Below are positions 1 through 14,913 of a stretch of 64,000 nucleotides of DNA, one piece after another. The stretch lies in NCBI RefSeq assembly GCF_009914755.1, contig NC_060933.1, one strand, 5' to 3'. The translations under genes and the position numbers were made by a program. The DNA is from the human T2T-CHM13v2.0 reference genome, Homo sapiens. The notes under the pieces are model-generated. The model had not been told where the DNA came from. It saw only the letters and a program-made list of their open reading frames with translations, and searched no databases. Position 1 is the first letter of the stretch. Every line of letters starts with the position of its first letter.

Positions 1-869
1 TATTCATATTCCTACATGAACTAAGGGTAAGGTAACAATCCTGCTACACAGTCCAGGCCTGACCGCTTCCTCCATGAAGCCTTCAGTTTCTTCCCACTCA
101 CAGCCACAAGGAATTATTCTCTTTGGCCCCTCAACACAGGAATTTATCCATACCTTGGTTACCTCACTTCTATTGTCCATCTCGCATTATGGTTAGTTAT
201 GTACATGGATTGGCCCCCAATGAACTTTAGACTTCCCTAGACAGACTCCACATGTCATTCATGCACTAACAACTCCTCAATGCCTTTGCCATAGTCGAAC
301 TCAGCTCACTGGCTAGACAAGGTGTGAGGATAGCCATGGCAGATCTGGGTTTGTCTTCAACCCCAACATAACCTACAAGAATTCAACTTCCGAAAGGGAG
401 AAAGAATAAAGAAGAAGGGAAAGAAAGGAGATGAAAAAAGAGAGATTAGTATCATGTACCTCAATCCTTCTATCGGGGCACCTGCCACACTTAATTTAAT
501 TTACCGACCTGCCTCCTTTTGGGAGAAGGCATTGGTTTTTATTTACCTTTGCAGTCCTGTGGGTCTAGCCCAATCCTTGGCATAAAACATATGCTTAGGC
601 TAATAATTATTTGGTGAATCCAATAATTAAAGAAGAGAGAAAGGTTGGAAAAATAAATGTTCTCATTTGATTAGTGCCCACTGAAATGAGAGATGAATGA
701 CAGCCAACAGAAGTACAATCCTCCCTTATTTTCCTTATCTTAAATTGGTCCTAAGTGATTTAATCTTGTGTCTGTCCTTAAACCAACTTTGAAAGATTAC
801 AAGTCAAAATTCACAGGAAAATTATCTTCTTATTTCTTAAAACTGGCTAATCCCCATTGTAGATGGAAT

Positions 870-990
870 TCACTTCAATAAATATTTACTGAGCACCAAC
901 TATATATTGGATGTATTCCTAATGCCAGAGAGTAAAGCAATAAATGTGACCTTGTCCCTTCTCCTCAAGGAACCTACAGTTTAGCGTGGC
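870..990 (-). mobile_element. L2 3' fragment
   Basis: ttcacttcaataaatatttactgagcaccaactat...cttctcctcaaggaacctacagttt resembles the reverse complement of the L2 3' end. Confidence 0.6.
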
Positions 991-1803
991 ATTCCTTGTA
1001 AATTTTAGTGCCTTTTACTATGACGGAAATAAAATTATGTAGTTTCACATTTATGAAGTCCCACATTTTAAAGCCAAGGCCAAAATGGATATTTCTTTTC
1101 AAAAGTTGAGATACTTCACAGCCAAAATCCTACATGGCAGGATGCCAGTCCAAAGGGCTTCACCCCAAAAGGCCTGTCTTCATTCCTCGAGAAGAAAATG
1201 GAATAGACAGCTCCTCAGATGGAGTTACCAATGACTTAATTTTGACAGAAACATCTATATCCATGAGCTGTGTTAAAACAAAGCTGGTAGAAAGACTTTC
1301 CCCAGAAACTTGCTTTAAAACAAACTGTAAATGTTTGCTTTACTTTTATTTTTTATGAACTAGTCCCAAATATTTTGATGTGGCCTAGTTTTTTATGTTT
1401 CTTAATAATCCAAATATTCATGTCTGTCTCAACTGCAGTGTGGAAGTTTAAACTCAGGTTTTGTGGGGATGCACTGATCCATTGTATAAATGGAACAGTA
1501 CTAACAAGACACGTATCACCTCTGAAAATTGCTGTTTAATGTTGGTATATCTCAAAACTGAAAAATGAAGATGTCTAAACAGTCTCATCTTGAAGAGTGG
1601 ATAACATTTTTTTTTCCTTTACAAACGTTTTAAGAGAAAATGTATATGTGTGTGTATGTTAATAAAAAACTGTGTATTTACATACACGACCTTACAAATT
1701 CAATCAACATAAATATGAAAAAAGGAAAATATATTATTATTATAAAATTGCTGAGGAATTATTAATGAAGAACATTGCCAAAATGTTAAAAACATAAAAA
1801 ATT

Positions 1804-2102
1804 GGCCATGTGTAGTGGCTCACACCTGTAATCCCAGCGCTTTGGGAGACCCAAGCAGGAGGATCTCTTGAGGCCAGGAGTTTGAAACCAGCCTGGGCAA
1901 ACCCCATCTCTACAATTTTTGTTTTTTAATTAGCCAGGCATGGTGGTGTATACATGTAATCTCAGCTACTTGGGAGGCTGAGGTGGGAGGATCGCTTGAG
2001 TCCAGGAGTTTGAGGCTATGGTGAGCTACGATCATGCCACTGCATTCTAGCCTGGGCAACAAACAAGACCCTGACAAAAACAACAACAAAAACCCATAAA
2101 AA
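1804..2102 (+). mobile_element. AluJ-type SINE
   Basis: ggccatgtgtagtggctcacacctgtaatcccagc...; right arm has J-type ggatcgcttgag and gaggctatggtgagctac; A-rich tail. Confidence 0.93.
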
Positions 2103-2867
2103 ATTGAATTCTCAGGTGTCTCCACTAATTAGACAGTGACAAAGGGAAAAATCCACATTTCCGGGTGATCATAAAGAGGAGTATTTATTTTTGTTCAGTC
2201 AAAGTGGTGCCTCCCCCTGTGTGCCATGCCCACGGCAGAGGGGTGCAATGTCCAGAACTCTGCTCCTCGCTTGCTCCCTTCTGCCCTGTGTCAGTGGGTT
2301 GTCCTGCCTGGGCTCACAGGGACTGCAGGGGGTATGATTCCTATTCCCATACCAGCTTTGTCAAAGCACTTGTCCCAGAAGTGGATCCCATCCCTAAAAC
2401 CCATTTTAGGCAGAGCTGTGACACAGGTGACTGGCATTGCCCCTTCCCTTCTACACAGGCCCACTGTCCTCATTATCTTTTGGGAAACACTAGATTTCTC
2501 CTTAGTGCTGCCTTCCTGCCTACAGCCCAACAGATTCAAACTGCGGTCCTGGCTCAATATATATTTGATTTGAGTTTAAGAAAAGCCCTTGAATTCATTC
2601 ATCTCGAGGATCTAAAACTGATTCACGCTCAATAAAAACAAAATAAGACTTGGTTACAGTACCCAGGATGTGACAAAGAATCTGTAGTTTAGCCTTCTTT
2701 GGGACTTAAAGTTTAAAAAAAAAAACAAATTAATGAGGCTCTCCAGGCAGAATCAAGTGAGACAAAGCTAAGGGCGGAAAGAAAAGGGAAAGCTTCCAAG
2801 TCCACTGAACACATAGCAGTTGGACCACCTGGTCCAAGACACAGAATCCCAACTGGAAACGCTCAGG

Positions 2868-3070
2868 GTGGCATTCAGGGCAAGGACACTGGAATCAGAC
2901 AGGTTTAGGCTGAAATTATGGCTCCACCACTTGGTGGCCACGGCATCCAGTGTTCCTTAGTTTCCGCTAGTAGTAGCTCCCTCATAAGGCCCAGGGAAGA
3001 AGAGATGAGCTTAAGCACGTGAAGTGGTAAACATAGGACAAAACACACCCTCTGTTAACTGCTACTGCTG
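2868..3070 (+). mobile_element. MIR fragment
   Basis: ctggaatcagacaggtttaggctgaaattatggctccaccact...ccctcataagg. Confidence 0.55.
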
Positions 3071-3144
3071 AGGTTGTGACTATTACTATTGCTGGTATGC
3101 TGGAGTCACTAGACTGTACATTCTGCAAGAGAAGTTTCATGCAT

Positions 3145-3690
3145 AGCACAGTCGTTACAACTGCAGGTTCTAGAATCTGACTGCAAACCCTGGCTCAGCC
3201 ATTTTCTAACTTAGGTAAGTTCCTTGAGCAATGTATTTAACCTCTTTGTGCCTTAGTGTCCATATATAAAAAGGGGGATGATGATATCCATTAAGTTGTT
3301 GCAAGTAAAGTTAGTATGTATAAAATGTTTGAGGCTGGGCATGGTGGCTCATGCCTGTAATCCCAACATTTTGGGAGTCTTGGGTGGGAAGATGGCTTGA
3401 GTCCAGGAGGTGGAGACCAGCCTGGTAAACATAGTGAGACCCCATCTCTACAAAAATAATTTTTAAAATGTTAAAAATTAGCCAGACGTGGTGGTGTACA
3501 TCTGTAGTCCCAGCTACTTGGGGGTCTGAGGTGGGAGGATCTCTTGAGCCTGGGAGTTCGAGGCTGAAGTGGGTCATGATCAGATCATCACACTCCAGCC
3601 TGGGCAACAGAGTGAAACCCCGTCTCAAAAAAAATTAAGTTAAAAAAATAATTAAACGTTTGTAAGATTGGTACACGGTAAGCATTTTCC
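3145..3690 (+). mobile_element. MIR interrupted by AluJ (3333-3650)
   Basis: Core taacctctttgtgccttagtgtccatatataaaagggggatgatg; MIR 3' end resumes after the Alu (tggtacacggtaagc). Confidence 0.65.
3333..3650 (+). mobile_element. AluJ-type SINE
   Basis: Full dimer ggctgggcatggtggctcatgcctgtaatccc...; degenerate TSD aaatgtttg/aaacgtttg. Confidence 0.93.
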
Positions 3691-3905
3691 ATTTATCCTT
3701 AGTGGAAATAAAAATAAAAACAATAATAATAAACACAGATCACTTACCATAAGTCAGGCACTTCATTAGACTACACGCGCACGTGCACACACACACAACC
3801 ACATAAGTATGAATGTGCAGTCATGTGTCGCTTAATGACAAGAATATGTTCTGAGAAATGTGTTAGGTGATTTTGTTGTATAAACAGCAGAGTGTACTTA
3901 TGGCG

Positions 3906-4092
3906 AGCATCCCCCTTCGCTCGACTCTCACTTCTCCTTCCTGCCACCATGTGAAGGAGGATGTGTTTGCTTTCCCTTCTGCCATGATTGTAAGTTTCCT
4001 GAGGCTTCCCCAGCCCTGTGGAACCCCTCTTCTTTATAAATTACCCAGTCTCGGGCAGTTCTTTATAGCAGCGTGAGAAACAGAATAATACA
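3906..4092 (+). mobile_element. THE1-type MaLR LTR, 3' half only
   Basis: ctgccaccatgtgaaggaggatgtgtttgc...ataaattacccagtctcgggcagttctttatagcagcgtgagaaacagaataataca. Confidence 0.88.
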
Positions 4093-4391
4093 GTAAGTAT
4101 CTGTGTATCTAAACATATCCAAACATACTATGGTATGGTATCCAAACACAGAAAAGGTACAGTAAAAATACCATATAAAAGATAAAAAAAAATGATACAC
4201 TTGTATAGAGCACTTACTAGGAATGGAGTCTGTGGGACTGGAAGTTGTTCTGGGTGAGTGAGTGCTGAGAAACGTGAGACCCTAGGACATTCCTGTACAC
4301 AACTGTAGACTTTACAAATACTGTACACTTAGGCTACACTAAATCTATTAAAAATTTTTCTTTCTTTAATAATAAATTTATCTTACTGTAA

Positions 4392-4661
<270 letters not shown>

Positions 4662-5359
4662 TAAACTTTATTTTTTGTTTGATTCTTCTGTAAAAGCACT
4701 CAGTTTACAACACAAACACACTGTACAGCTGCACCACAATATTTCCTTTCTTTATTTCCTTATTGCATAAGCTTTTAAAAATTTTTTTAAACTTTTTAAA
4801 TTTTTTGTTGAAAAGTAAGACATGAATACACACATTATCCTAGGCCTACACAGGGTCATGATCATCAATATCACTGTCTTCCACCTCCACATCTCATCCC
4901 ACTGGAGGGTCTTCAGGGGCAGTAACAAGCCTGGAGCTGTCATCTCCCATAATAACAATGCTTTCTTTTGAAATACCTCTTGACGGAGCAACCTGAGGCT
5001 GTTTTATTAACTTTCTTTTATAAACAGAAGGAAAGCACTCTAAAATAATAATAAAACGTATAGTATAGTAAATACATAAAACAGCAACACAGATTTTTAT
5101 TATCAAGTATTATGTGCTGTACATAACTATATGTGCTTTATTTTTATACAACTGGCAGTGACATAGGTTTGTTCACACCAGAATCACCCCCATGCACGTG
5201 AATAATGAATTGCTCCATGATGTGACATTAGCAATGACGTCAGTAGGTGATAGGAATTTTTCAGCTCCTTTATAATCTTATGGGGCCACTGTTGTATGTG
5301 TACATAGCCACTCTTTGACCAACATGTTGTTATGTGGCACATGCCTGCATGTATATTTA

Positions 5360-5507
5360 ATTATCCTCATTTACAGATGAGAAAAATGAGGTACTAAGTG
5401 GAAAAGTAACATGCTGGCCTCACAGCCTGTAAGTGGCAGAGTCATGATTTAAATCCAGGCAGTCTGGCTCCAGAGTCCACGCTCTTAATCACTATGCTAT
5501 GCTGCCT
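5360..5507 (-). mobile_element. MIR
   Basis: ttacagatgagaaaaatgagg...aggcagtctggctccagagtccacgctcttaatcactatgct. Confidence 0.88.
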
Positions 5508-6479
5508 GGAAAAAAAAAAAAAAGTTAATATAATGAATGAATGTTCCTGCTGGAAAAATACTGAAAAGAGCCAGTCACTTTGCCCCCAGTGTTTGCACTG
5601 AGTAAGGCCCCCTCTTGCAAAGCGTGCACAAGGGAAGAACCAAAGCATGTGGAAGACAGAGGAGAGCAGACTCAGAGACTCGGTACTTCCTCCCTCGGGT
5701 TGGCAGGGGCTATTCAGCCAAAGCCTGAACAGAAGGGTGGCCTGAAGGCTTAAAAATAACTCAGGGTGCTGGCCCTAAATCCAAAGTCACTTGGTTTTCT
5801 AGCACATTTTAAACTGGCAAGGAGCAAATGCTTATTATGGGCTTGGCCTTCTAGTGGTATGATAAGGGGCTATAAATACTCAGAAGACTGGATACTGGTC
5901 TTGAGGAAGCTTATCACAGGACAAGGCACCTTCAGCTTCCTTGCTAACCCACTGGCTGAGTTTGATTTGTGTATCTGCAACTCTTCTAGATTGCAGTTAT
6001 GTGTGCTGGATTTCATGCTGCTAAATATCTATATATATATTTTTAAATTTTAGGCCATTTAAGGCCAAACATGTATTCTTTGGCTATGACAAGACAAGTT
6101 GACCAGAAGGCCTTATCAATACTTCAGTAACCCTGAGGTCTCACCTTATAATACCTCATCTCAGAAACTGTGGAATTGTAGGTCAACTGTGTATTGAATC
6201 GATAATTTGCTGCTGTCTAGTTCTTAAGAGTGATTCATTGCTTTTTTTCATCATCCTCGTTGAATTCAGTTTCCTGCAAATATCTGAACTCTGGGTTCTT
6301 CCAGATCATCTGTTCCGTGGATGCTTCCCAATCAATGGCTTTAAGCACGTGAAAATCTCAACCAAAAATACCTGATGATAGACAGAAAGAGATGGGAGTG
6401 GAACATGGAAGAGAAGAGGAAAGCAGGAACGAGAGGAACTGAGGAAAACAAGCTGGGTCATCAAATTATTAAGAAGACA

Positions 6480-6620
6480 AACATTTCTTACCTACCAGAT
6501 TAGTAAATATCAGAATCTTGCTAATATACTGTGTTGGTGAGATGTAGGAGAAATTGACATGCTCATATGTGGCTAGTGAGAGTGCAAATCAGTACAATCT
6601 CCTATGTTAGTGAAATCTGC
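6480..6620 (+). mobile_element. Old L1M(E) fragment
   Basis: cctaccagattagtaaatat...tgttggtgagatgtaggagaaattg...ggctagtgagagtgcaaat. Confidence 0.6.
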
Positions 6621-7129
6621 CAACATTTCCTCTGTTTTAATTTTTGTTTTTTTACTCTAAATAAAATATACTTACTAGTTGCTATTTTTAGAGACAGGTT
6701 ACGTGCCAGTGCTATAAAGGTCAAAGTGGGATAATATGATCCTCAACAATTTAGATTAGTAACATTTTACAATCCTCAGCCTATAACAGGAATGTTCCGT
6801 TACTACCATGGCAAATACAATTGAACATTCATAAATAACTGAATGAAAGTCATAAAACCTGTAAGGGTATTTATGTGCACATATCAAAATCCAAATACTC
6901 TCATTTCTCAACTAGCCAGTGTTAAAGGACCATGCCTGTACATTTCTTCTATTCTAAGACAACATGTTCTCATTTAACATTCCTAAAATTAGGAGGTCTT
7001 AAAATTAATGATCTTAGATCCGATGGCTTATTTTAATGTAGCCACTTGAAGTTATTTGGCTCACAAACTAGGACAAAATTTTAAAATCACAATGCAAAGA
7101 TATTTGCTATATATCAAATGAAGTATTTT

Positions 7130-7475
7130 TAATTGCTTAATTTTATTTTTATTTAACATAATAATTGTACATATTCATGGAGCACATAGTGATGTTTCAA
7201 TACATGTAATACATAGTGATCAGATCATGGTAATTAGCATATCCATCACTTCAAACATTCATCATTTCTTTGTGTTGGGAACATTCAATACCCTCCTTCT
7301 AGCTATTTGAAACTATACACTATGTTATTATTAACTATTGTCATCCTGCAGATGAATAAAACACTAGAACTTATTCCTCCTATCTAGCTGTAATTTTGTA
7401 TCCTTTAACAAATCTCTCCCTATCTCCGCCTTCCCCCTACCCTTCCCAGCCTCTAGTATTCTCTGTTCTATGTAC
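7130..7475 (-). mobile_element. L1MA-family 3' UTR fragment
   Basis: ataattgtacatattcatgg...taattagcatatccatcacttcaaacattcatcatttctttgtgttgggaacattc...ttcccagcctctagta. Confidence 0.88.
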
Positions 7476-7999
7476 ACATCCTTTGAACTAGCCTTTCTAC
7501 TTCTGGACATAAATGTTTTAACCGGGTGTCAACTCATGCTGTACCAAAAAGCTATCCAAATTCTGAGTATTTCTAAATTTCAGGAGAGATAGTAATGAAG
7601 GGGTTTCATAACAACCACAGGACCTACAAATTATATGTACTATAACTTTGCCTTCACTAGTAAGTAGATAGAGATTGAGATTGTATTTGCTCATAACTCC
7701 AAATCTTTTGGTGGGACTAGATTGGGAGGGTTGCAGAAGTGGCTGCTATGTTTTATAGAATTCAACAGTAAGGATTACTGAATGATGGGTCAAGCTATAT
7801 TAGAAGAGGAAGAGTCTGGGCCTAAGAAAGGAACATATGAGTTCTAATGTTTCCTCTACCAACAATTCTGTCCTCTTGAACAAGACAACACTACTCATCC
7901 GTGAATGATGAAAGTGAGCGAGCTATAAATTTGCTTCATGTTTAATGATCCATCTGTACTACAGCTAAACTGAGCTAAACCCACACAAAAGGAAAAAGG

Positions 8000-8220
8000 A
8001 ATTAACACTTAAGAAGTGAGTTCTTACTAATTGTCTGCCATTGTAGTTCTCCAATACGTCTCTTAACCCTGCCAACAACTCCACAAGGTAAGTATTATTC
8101 TCTTTTTACAGGCTAGGAAACTGACATTCAGAGAAGTTGCTGTCCTGGTTTCAAAGCCAACAAGTTACAGAGCAAGGAATCAAACCTAAATGGTTCTGCC
8201 TACAAAAATGGGCTCCTTGC
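8000..8220 (-). mobile_element. MIR
   Basis: aacaactccacaaggtaagtattattctctttttacaggctaggaaactga. Confidence 0.65.
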
Positions 8221-8961
8221 TCTTTGTTGTATTTTCTCTACACCCAGTAACCTATACAAAAAAAAAAAAAAAAAAGTCTCTATCACAGATTTTGTCACAA
8301 TAGAAACACATCTAAATACAAAGAAGAGAGATATATTTTTAAAGGAAAATAAGGAGAAAAAAACAAAGATAAATTCATTGACCAAAGGATTAAATAGTTC
8401 ACATTTAAAAAAACAAAACAAAACTCTGAATCACCAAAAGTGACTTAAAATCTGTGTTTCTACATAGTGCTAAAATAACCAGACGATGTGCGGTTAATTA
8501 ACTCTGTTTAGACTAAGGTAAATTTGGGTGTTTGGTTCTTTTTTCCTACCAGTTGTGTTATAAGGACATACAGTGAATCACTCCTACATAGTCCAGGAAT
8601 AGTTTTCAACTGAAAGGTCATTTGTATTGTTAACTCATACGAAAAACAAAAGTAACACATTCATCCTGCACATAACTCCAGAACTCTAAGTTCTCAATGA
8701 CCCTTTCTTTAATTCAGTAGTCATTTATAATTTTTAAAGGTGGGGTTGGAGCTGGGGGTGGTGGAGTCCTTACTGAATTTACTTAAAGTTAGTGGCTGAA
8801 GGACTAAATTAAAATTACATTTAATCCGAATTTACTCCTAGTGTGGACGATTCCCTCCCTGAGCTCAGGAGAATTATCTGTGATGTGATCCAGTCTTCTA
8901 AACAAGGCTGGAGAGAGAGGAGAGGGGAGAGGTAGAAATGAAGGGGGCGGAGAACAGCTTA

Positions 8962-9385
<424 letters not shown>

Positions 9386-11394
9386 CTAAAGGTTTGGCGA
9401 GCTGCACATCTCCAACTTGTTGGGGCAGAACATCCTTTCTTCCATCTGCCTGCCACCAGAAGCCACAGAGAACTGATATTGCCTCTACCATAAATTAAGA
9501 GTCAAAAGGAAAATATTTTCCAGGATTCAAAGTAAAAAAAAGTATGAGTGAGTCTCTGCTTGAGTGAAGATCTATAACATAACAGGATGTCCATCCTAGA
9601 AGAAGGAACAGGGAAACACACAGGCCTAGGTGAAATCCTGGGCCTCAGTGCCCACCTGGGCAAGAAGGGGTGGGCTCAGCTGATGGTCTTCTCACTCTAT
9701 CCTAGAAATCACCAGCACACCCTTCAGTGAGAAGGCAGAGGAAGGGAGGAGGCATCTCTTAGGACCACCTCCGCCAGCTTCCTCCCTCTTTTTTGATTAA
9801 AGATCTCAGGAATTTATGGGTAATTCAATGCAAAATGCCAGAGATTTTACCAGCTTCGCATACTGACCAAAATATTTTGCCAAGATAAAATATTTTAGAA
9901 TAAAAACAACCATCGGTATGTGCAGTGCTATTGTTGTTGAATGTGAAGCACACTGAATTGCTCAATATGAAAAACATCTCCTGGTTAAATCCTGACTCTG
10001 ATAAACACAGGCAGTTTATTGAGATCATATCCTAAGAACCCCAAAGGTGCCAGATTTGCATCATCCACAAAAGCAGTGGGAAGGCCCACTAACCAATTAA
10101 GACACACACAAAAAAACCCCACAAAACAAAAAAGTCTGAATTCTAACATATTTTCAATTTTTTTTGTGGGTCATTTCTAGGCTCCATTCTGTTCCATCGG
10201 TCTATTTTGGTATTTGTCATATTACTCTTACAGTTTTACGTATATCAGAAATAGTTCATAACTTTTTAAAATCAGGGTCTCAGCATCACACTGAAAGGCA
10301 CATAGAGTCTTCCACACAGCAGGACACTGGATGATTAAAGAATGAAGAGCTGGTGCAGTTGAGAGATATGAAAATAAAAACAAATTCCCATCTCTCAGGA
10401 TCTCACTGAAGCTACAGAAGAATTCACTTTCGAAACTTTGTAACACGTTCTTACTTAAATGCTAGTTCCCTTTTGCAATCTGAGTAATGACTGCCTTTAA
10501 AAAAAATCTTGCAGCAACACAAAGCCATGTCATTCACTGACCTTGGTATATTCCTAATGAGATGTCCCTCTGTGACACAAGAATTACTAATGGGGGGCTG
10601 GAAATAATGAATGGAGGAGTAGAAGATGAATGATATAGAAGGGACACCACTAACATTTTCCATGAGCAAGATCGATACACGGTGTAACAGAAACATAACA
10701 AATGGCTTCATCGACTAACCCTCACCCCTGAAGAAAGCAACCCATAGGTTTGGCAGCAGAATCCAGTAAACAAATTACCCTGAGAGATTAATTGGATGGG
10801 AACTAAGGCCTCTGCAGCATTTCTTTCTCCCAACTATGTATCCTACAACTGTGCCTTAAAACCATCGGTGTAGTTCTAAAAACGTAATCTCAAATTTATT
10901 GAAATATTCTGCCTCATCCTTTGCCGTAATATCATACTTCTTTACCTTTTTACTTTCTGTTTATCGTAAAAAGTTTTACGATCGAAATGGAAATGTAAAA
11001 TTCCAAGGATCACGATTTAAATAAAAATATACTCTTCAATTAATTTCCCCTAGAAACTTACTCATTTGTCACCCCAAATTAGTTCTCACGTACTGCCAAC
11101 AGACATAAACCCGCATGCAGAGCTCAAAGTAGGAGATACTCACATCCAGGTCTCAATGTGTTGATCCCAAAACTCCCAATAGTCAGCTTCAGAAAACACA
11201 CACTACAAGTAAGTCTGAAGCCCTGACACATAACAGACCAGAATGTGTCCCGAAGACACATCTGGTTGACCCTTCCCACTGCCCTCAAGACAAAGTGCAA
11301 TGTCCCACAGCTTGGCTTACTGCAGTCATGATGGCAAGAAGGAATAAGAGGCATGGGCACCTGCAGCAGCCTGCAGGTGGCCAGCACATAGGGC

Positions 11395-11902
11395 TGTCTG
11401 AATTAGATTCCTAGGGCTGCTATGACAAAGCATCACAACCTTAAAATAACAGAAATGCATCGTCTTTAATGGGTGGCTTAAAATAACAGAAATGTATCAT
11501 CTCATAGGTCTGGAGGCTCAAAGTCTGAAATCAAGGTGTGGGTCTGAGGGCTCTGAAGGAGAATCGGTTCTATGCCTCTCTGCTAGTTTCTGGTGGTTTG
11601 CTGGCAATCTTTGGCTTGCAGATGCGTCACTCCAATCCTTGCCTTCACCTTCACTTGGAGTTGCCCCCCCGAGCCTCTGTCTTTGCACATCACCTTCCCC
11701 CAATGCACACATGTCTTTGTGTCCAACTTTCTCCTTTTTATTAGAACACCAGTTGCACTGAACCAGGGCCTACCCTAATGAATGCATTTCAACTTGATTC
11801 CCTCTCTAAAGACCGTGTTTTCACATAATGTCACATTCTGAGGTACTGGGGGTGATGACTTCAACATACCTCTTTTAGGGGAATGTAATTCAACCCATAA
11901 CA
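11395..11902. mobile_element. MLT1 (B/C-like) MaLR solo LTR
   Basis: ctagggctgctatgacaaag...tctggaggctcaaagtctgaaatcaaggtgt...tcacattctgaggtactgggg...aattcaacccataaca. Confidence 0.88.
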
Positions 11903-13359
11903 AAGTCCTGCTCCAAAATGCGGTTTGACTCTCTCTAAGTCCCTTCCCAACTTAATTTCTATTGGTTTCTGTTTTGCAGGATACAATAAGTTGCATATTA
12001 AGTATGAAGAGAAATATCATATTTTAAAATGTCTGCATTGTACTCATACCTCACCTCATTCCACAGAGAATTTAAATTGATAAAAGATTTGTTTTCACCT
12101 TCAAATTCCTAATATTATTTTGGGTGAAAATGAAAAGATTTACATCATAACATAAAGACTTCGTCATCTGTTTAATAATCTCTTCACTTGGGCAATTCTC
12201 TCATGTAATTTCTCTGACTCTCAGTTTCCCAGCCTGTAAACTGGAAATAATTAGACCACTCATTCTGCCTCCCATACTGGATTTTGTAAGAATAAAATGA
12301 CACATACTACAGAAGAATGTTTTGAAACGTAAAATTGTGTAACAATAAAAGGTCATGGTATTCTCAATCTGACTTAGTTTTCTTTCTGTTATATATCGGT
12401 AAAAGAGTTCCTAGAACAGAAACCAGAACAGGTGGTGTAGTATGCGGGTACTAGGTTTACACTGGGAAGTCATTTCCCTTCCACCATAATTGGCCCCGCT
12501 CCCTGCCAGGGCTGAACTGTTAAACCACACACTATCCTAGTCATTAACCTTACACCCTTACATGCATTTTAGTCCCAAGGAAAGAAGATAAATAACTTCT
12601 GGAAACATGAGAGAGAGTATTTGTATGTTTTAAATGGGGGAGTACAACAACATAGGATAAAAGACACCTGGATAATCAGGGAAAACAAAGGGGAAAAAAG
12701 CTCACTTCCGATACACCATGAAAATATGATTCAGAGATGTACAGTTTTTTGCATTAAGTAAAAACGTACATTTTCTGGAATAACCAAATTCAAAAGGACA
12801 AAATTACATAATCTTAAACAGGATGAAATGATTCTGTGTCAAATTCTGAGGGCTTTTTTTAACCAAAGGAATAAACCAGTGGTGTCTCTTTCTTTTTAAT
12901 TTAGCAGGACTCAGTTGACTGTTTCTACAAGTAGTAGTATAGAATTATCTAGTGTTCTAAGTGGTATAATATTGAGGGGGGGACAAAGGAAAAAAACTAA
13001 TTCTTGTAAGTCTCCTGAGCATAGAAAGCCATTTTACTCATCTATGTTATCCCTCTACGGTTTTAACTAACCCTGGGGTAGAAACTGCCCCCATAGATGG
13101 AATTCTACGTAATCTATGTGCATGGCACCCCTCCTGGAACCCTCTCGTTGTACAATATCAGGGAACACAAAATAAATGGCACTGCTGGAGTTATGTAATA
13201 TAATAGCCAGCCCTGGTGGGAATGGAGGAAGGAACTGGGCTGGGGGCCCCTGGAAAACAGCAGAGTATGAAATGAAGGAAACATAAATCACAGCATCTTC
13301 ACGGAAGGCTGCGGTGGAACAGAAAAAAGTACTGGCCAAGGAAACCAACAACCCTGGGT

Positions 13360-13525
13360 CCTGGTTCACAACCCAGTACTTACTGGTGTATGACCTTACA
13401 TAAAATCACTTGAGCTGTTTCCTCGCCTTAAAATGGAAATAAAAATTGCAACCATCTTTTCTACTGCAACGGATTACTGTGAGAGTCCAGTGAGATTATG
13501 CATGGGACAGTGCTTTGTAAACTTG
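13360..13525 (+). mobile_element. MIR
   Basis: tacttactggtgtatgacctt...taaaatggaaataaaa...gtgctttgtaaact. Confidence 0.6.
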
Positions 13526-14691
13526 ACTTCAATGGAAGATGTTACTCTCTGGGGTATAGCACAGCTTCCCTACAGTGTGTCTCAAACTATGAAAAGTCTT
13601 TTCTCTCTGGGGTCCAAAATTAAATGTCCAAATGCAGCTGTTCTTACTTAATTTTGTTCTTTCATGAGCATAGTGGGATATTTATTATTCTGTATAAACC
13701 ATATAAAGCTGTTATCATTTGTCAGTGTCTATTATTGCTACTAGTTGTTCTAAACAAAATATCCCAAAACTCAGTCTAGATTCAAGTCTCCTGGGTAGAA
13801 CACGTTAGCTAAACAATCTTATAATTTAGAAATTATTTTTCTAGGGTAATACATGTAACCACCAATAATTATACCTACTATATTCCTGATTAAGATTCAG
13901 AAAGCTGTTTGTTTTTAAACTGTTTCCAATTAGCTGGTTTCAAAAAAAGTTTAATCTTATAAGCACTGCCGGCTTGACATAGTTGTAGATCTCAAGCTTC
14001 TTTTTGGCTTTTCTTATCAAAGTTGGGTCATGATGGAAAGATAACTCTTTCCTGTTAATGAGTCACTGTATCTCATGCCATCTTGCACCAAAAGTGCACC
14101 CTTTCCACAACTTATTCCAATCAGAAGAATGAACTAGGTTTCACTTCCAGAACAAAGTGGCAGAGCATCCAAGGACACAGATGCTGTAAAACTGCAAACT
14201 TAGACCACACATTTTCTGTATATTTTCCATATATTATGGTTTTAATATCAATGCTGAAATGGATGAGCAATTGATCACTTATAAGGATTATTCTCCATCT
14301 AAGTCTAGAAATCTGGCTTAAAATACTGCACTATTTCTGCCCCAGGGTTTCTCCACCAGAAGAAGATAAATTCTAGACACAACCATTCTTCTAAGACAAT
14401 TCTCCATTTATGTCAGTATTTCTATAAGAAAACCCCAGGGTCAACTAAGTACTTGGAACAGTTTACATTCCTTCCTACTATAATTCTGGAAGCATGAAGC
14501 ATTACTTCCCCCATCAACTAGTCATCAGAAGCTGCAGAGGTCATGGTCAGGGTCCTTGTGAGGCTGGGGAAGCGGCTAAGCGAAGTTGTTTTTTAAGCCA
14601 AGTATCTGTGTTTCAGGCACTGACTGAAATCTCAGAATAACGGCCCTGTCTCTACAATGAATAAGGCTTATAAATTCTGGTTCCTGTCACC

Positions 14692-14913
14692 CAGTGTTTC
14701 TCAACCAGGGGCAGTTTTTCTCCACAGGAGACATACAGCAATGCCTGAAGACATGTTTGTCACTACTGAGGGTACAGAAGGTGCTATCGGCATCTGGTAG
14801 TTAGAGGCCCGGGATGCAGCTAAACAACCGACAATATCCAACAGAGCCCTTCATCAACAAAAACCCAGTCCAAATGTCCAAAATGTCAATAGTGCTGAGC
14901 TTAAAAAGCACTG
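14692..14913 (+). mobile_element. MER20 (hAT-Charlie)
   Basis: cagtgtttctcaaccaggggcag...ggcatctggtagttagaggcccgggatgcagctaaaca...aaatgtcaatagtgctgag. Confidence 0.85.

Noticed and set aside
2165-2635. 156-aa ORF in unique sequence
   Set aside because: Non-ATG start, no domain, no supporting exon structure
8245-8278. Poly-U GUAUAG|GUUACU as a recursive splice site
   Set aside because: Regenerated donor is too poor; likely a chance poly-A tract
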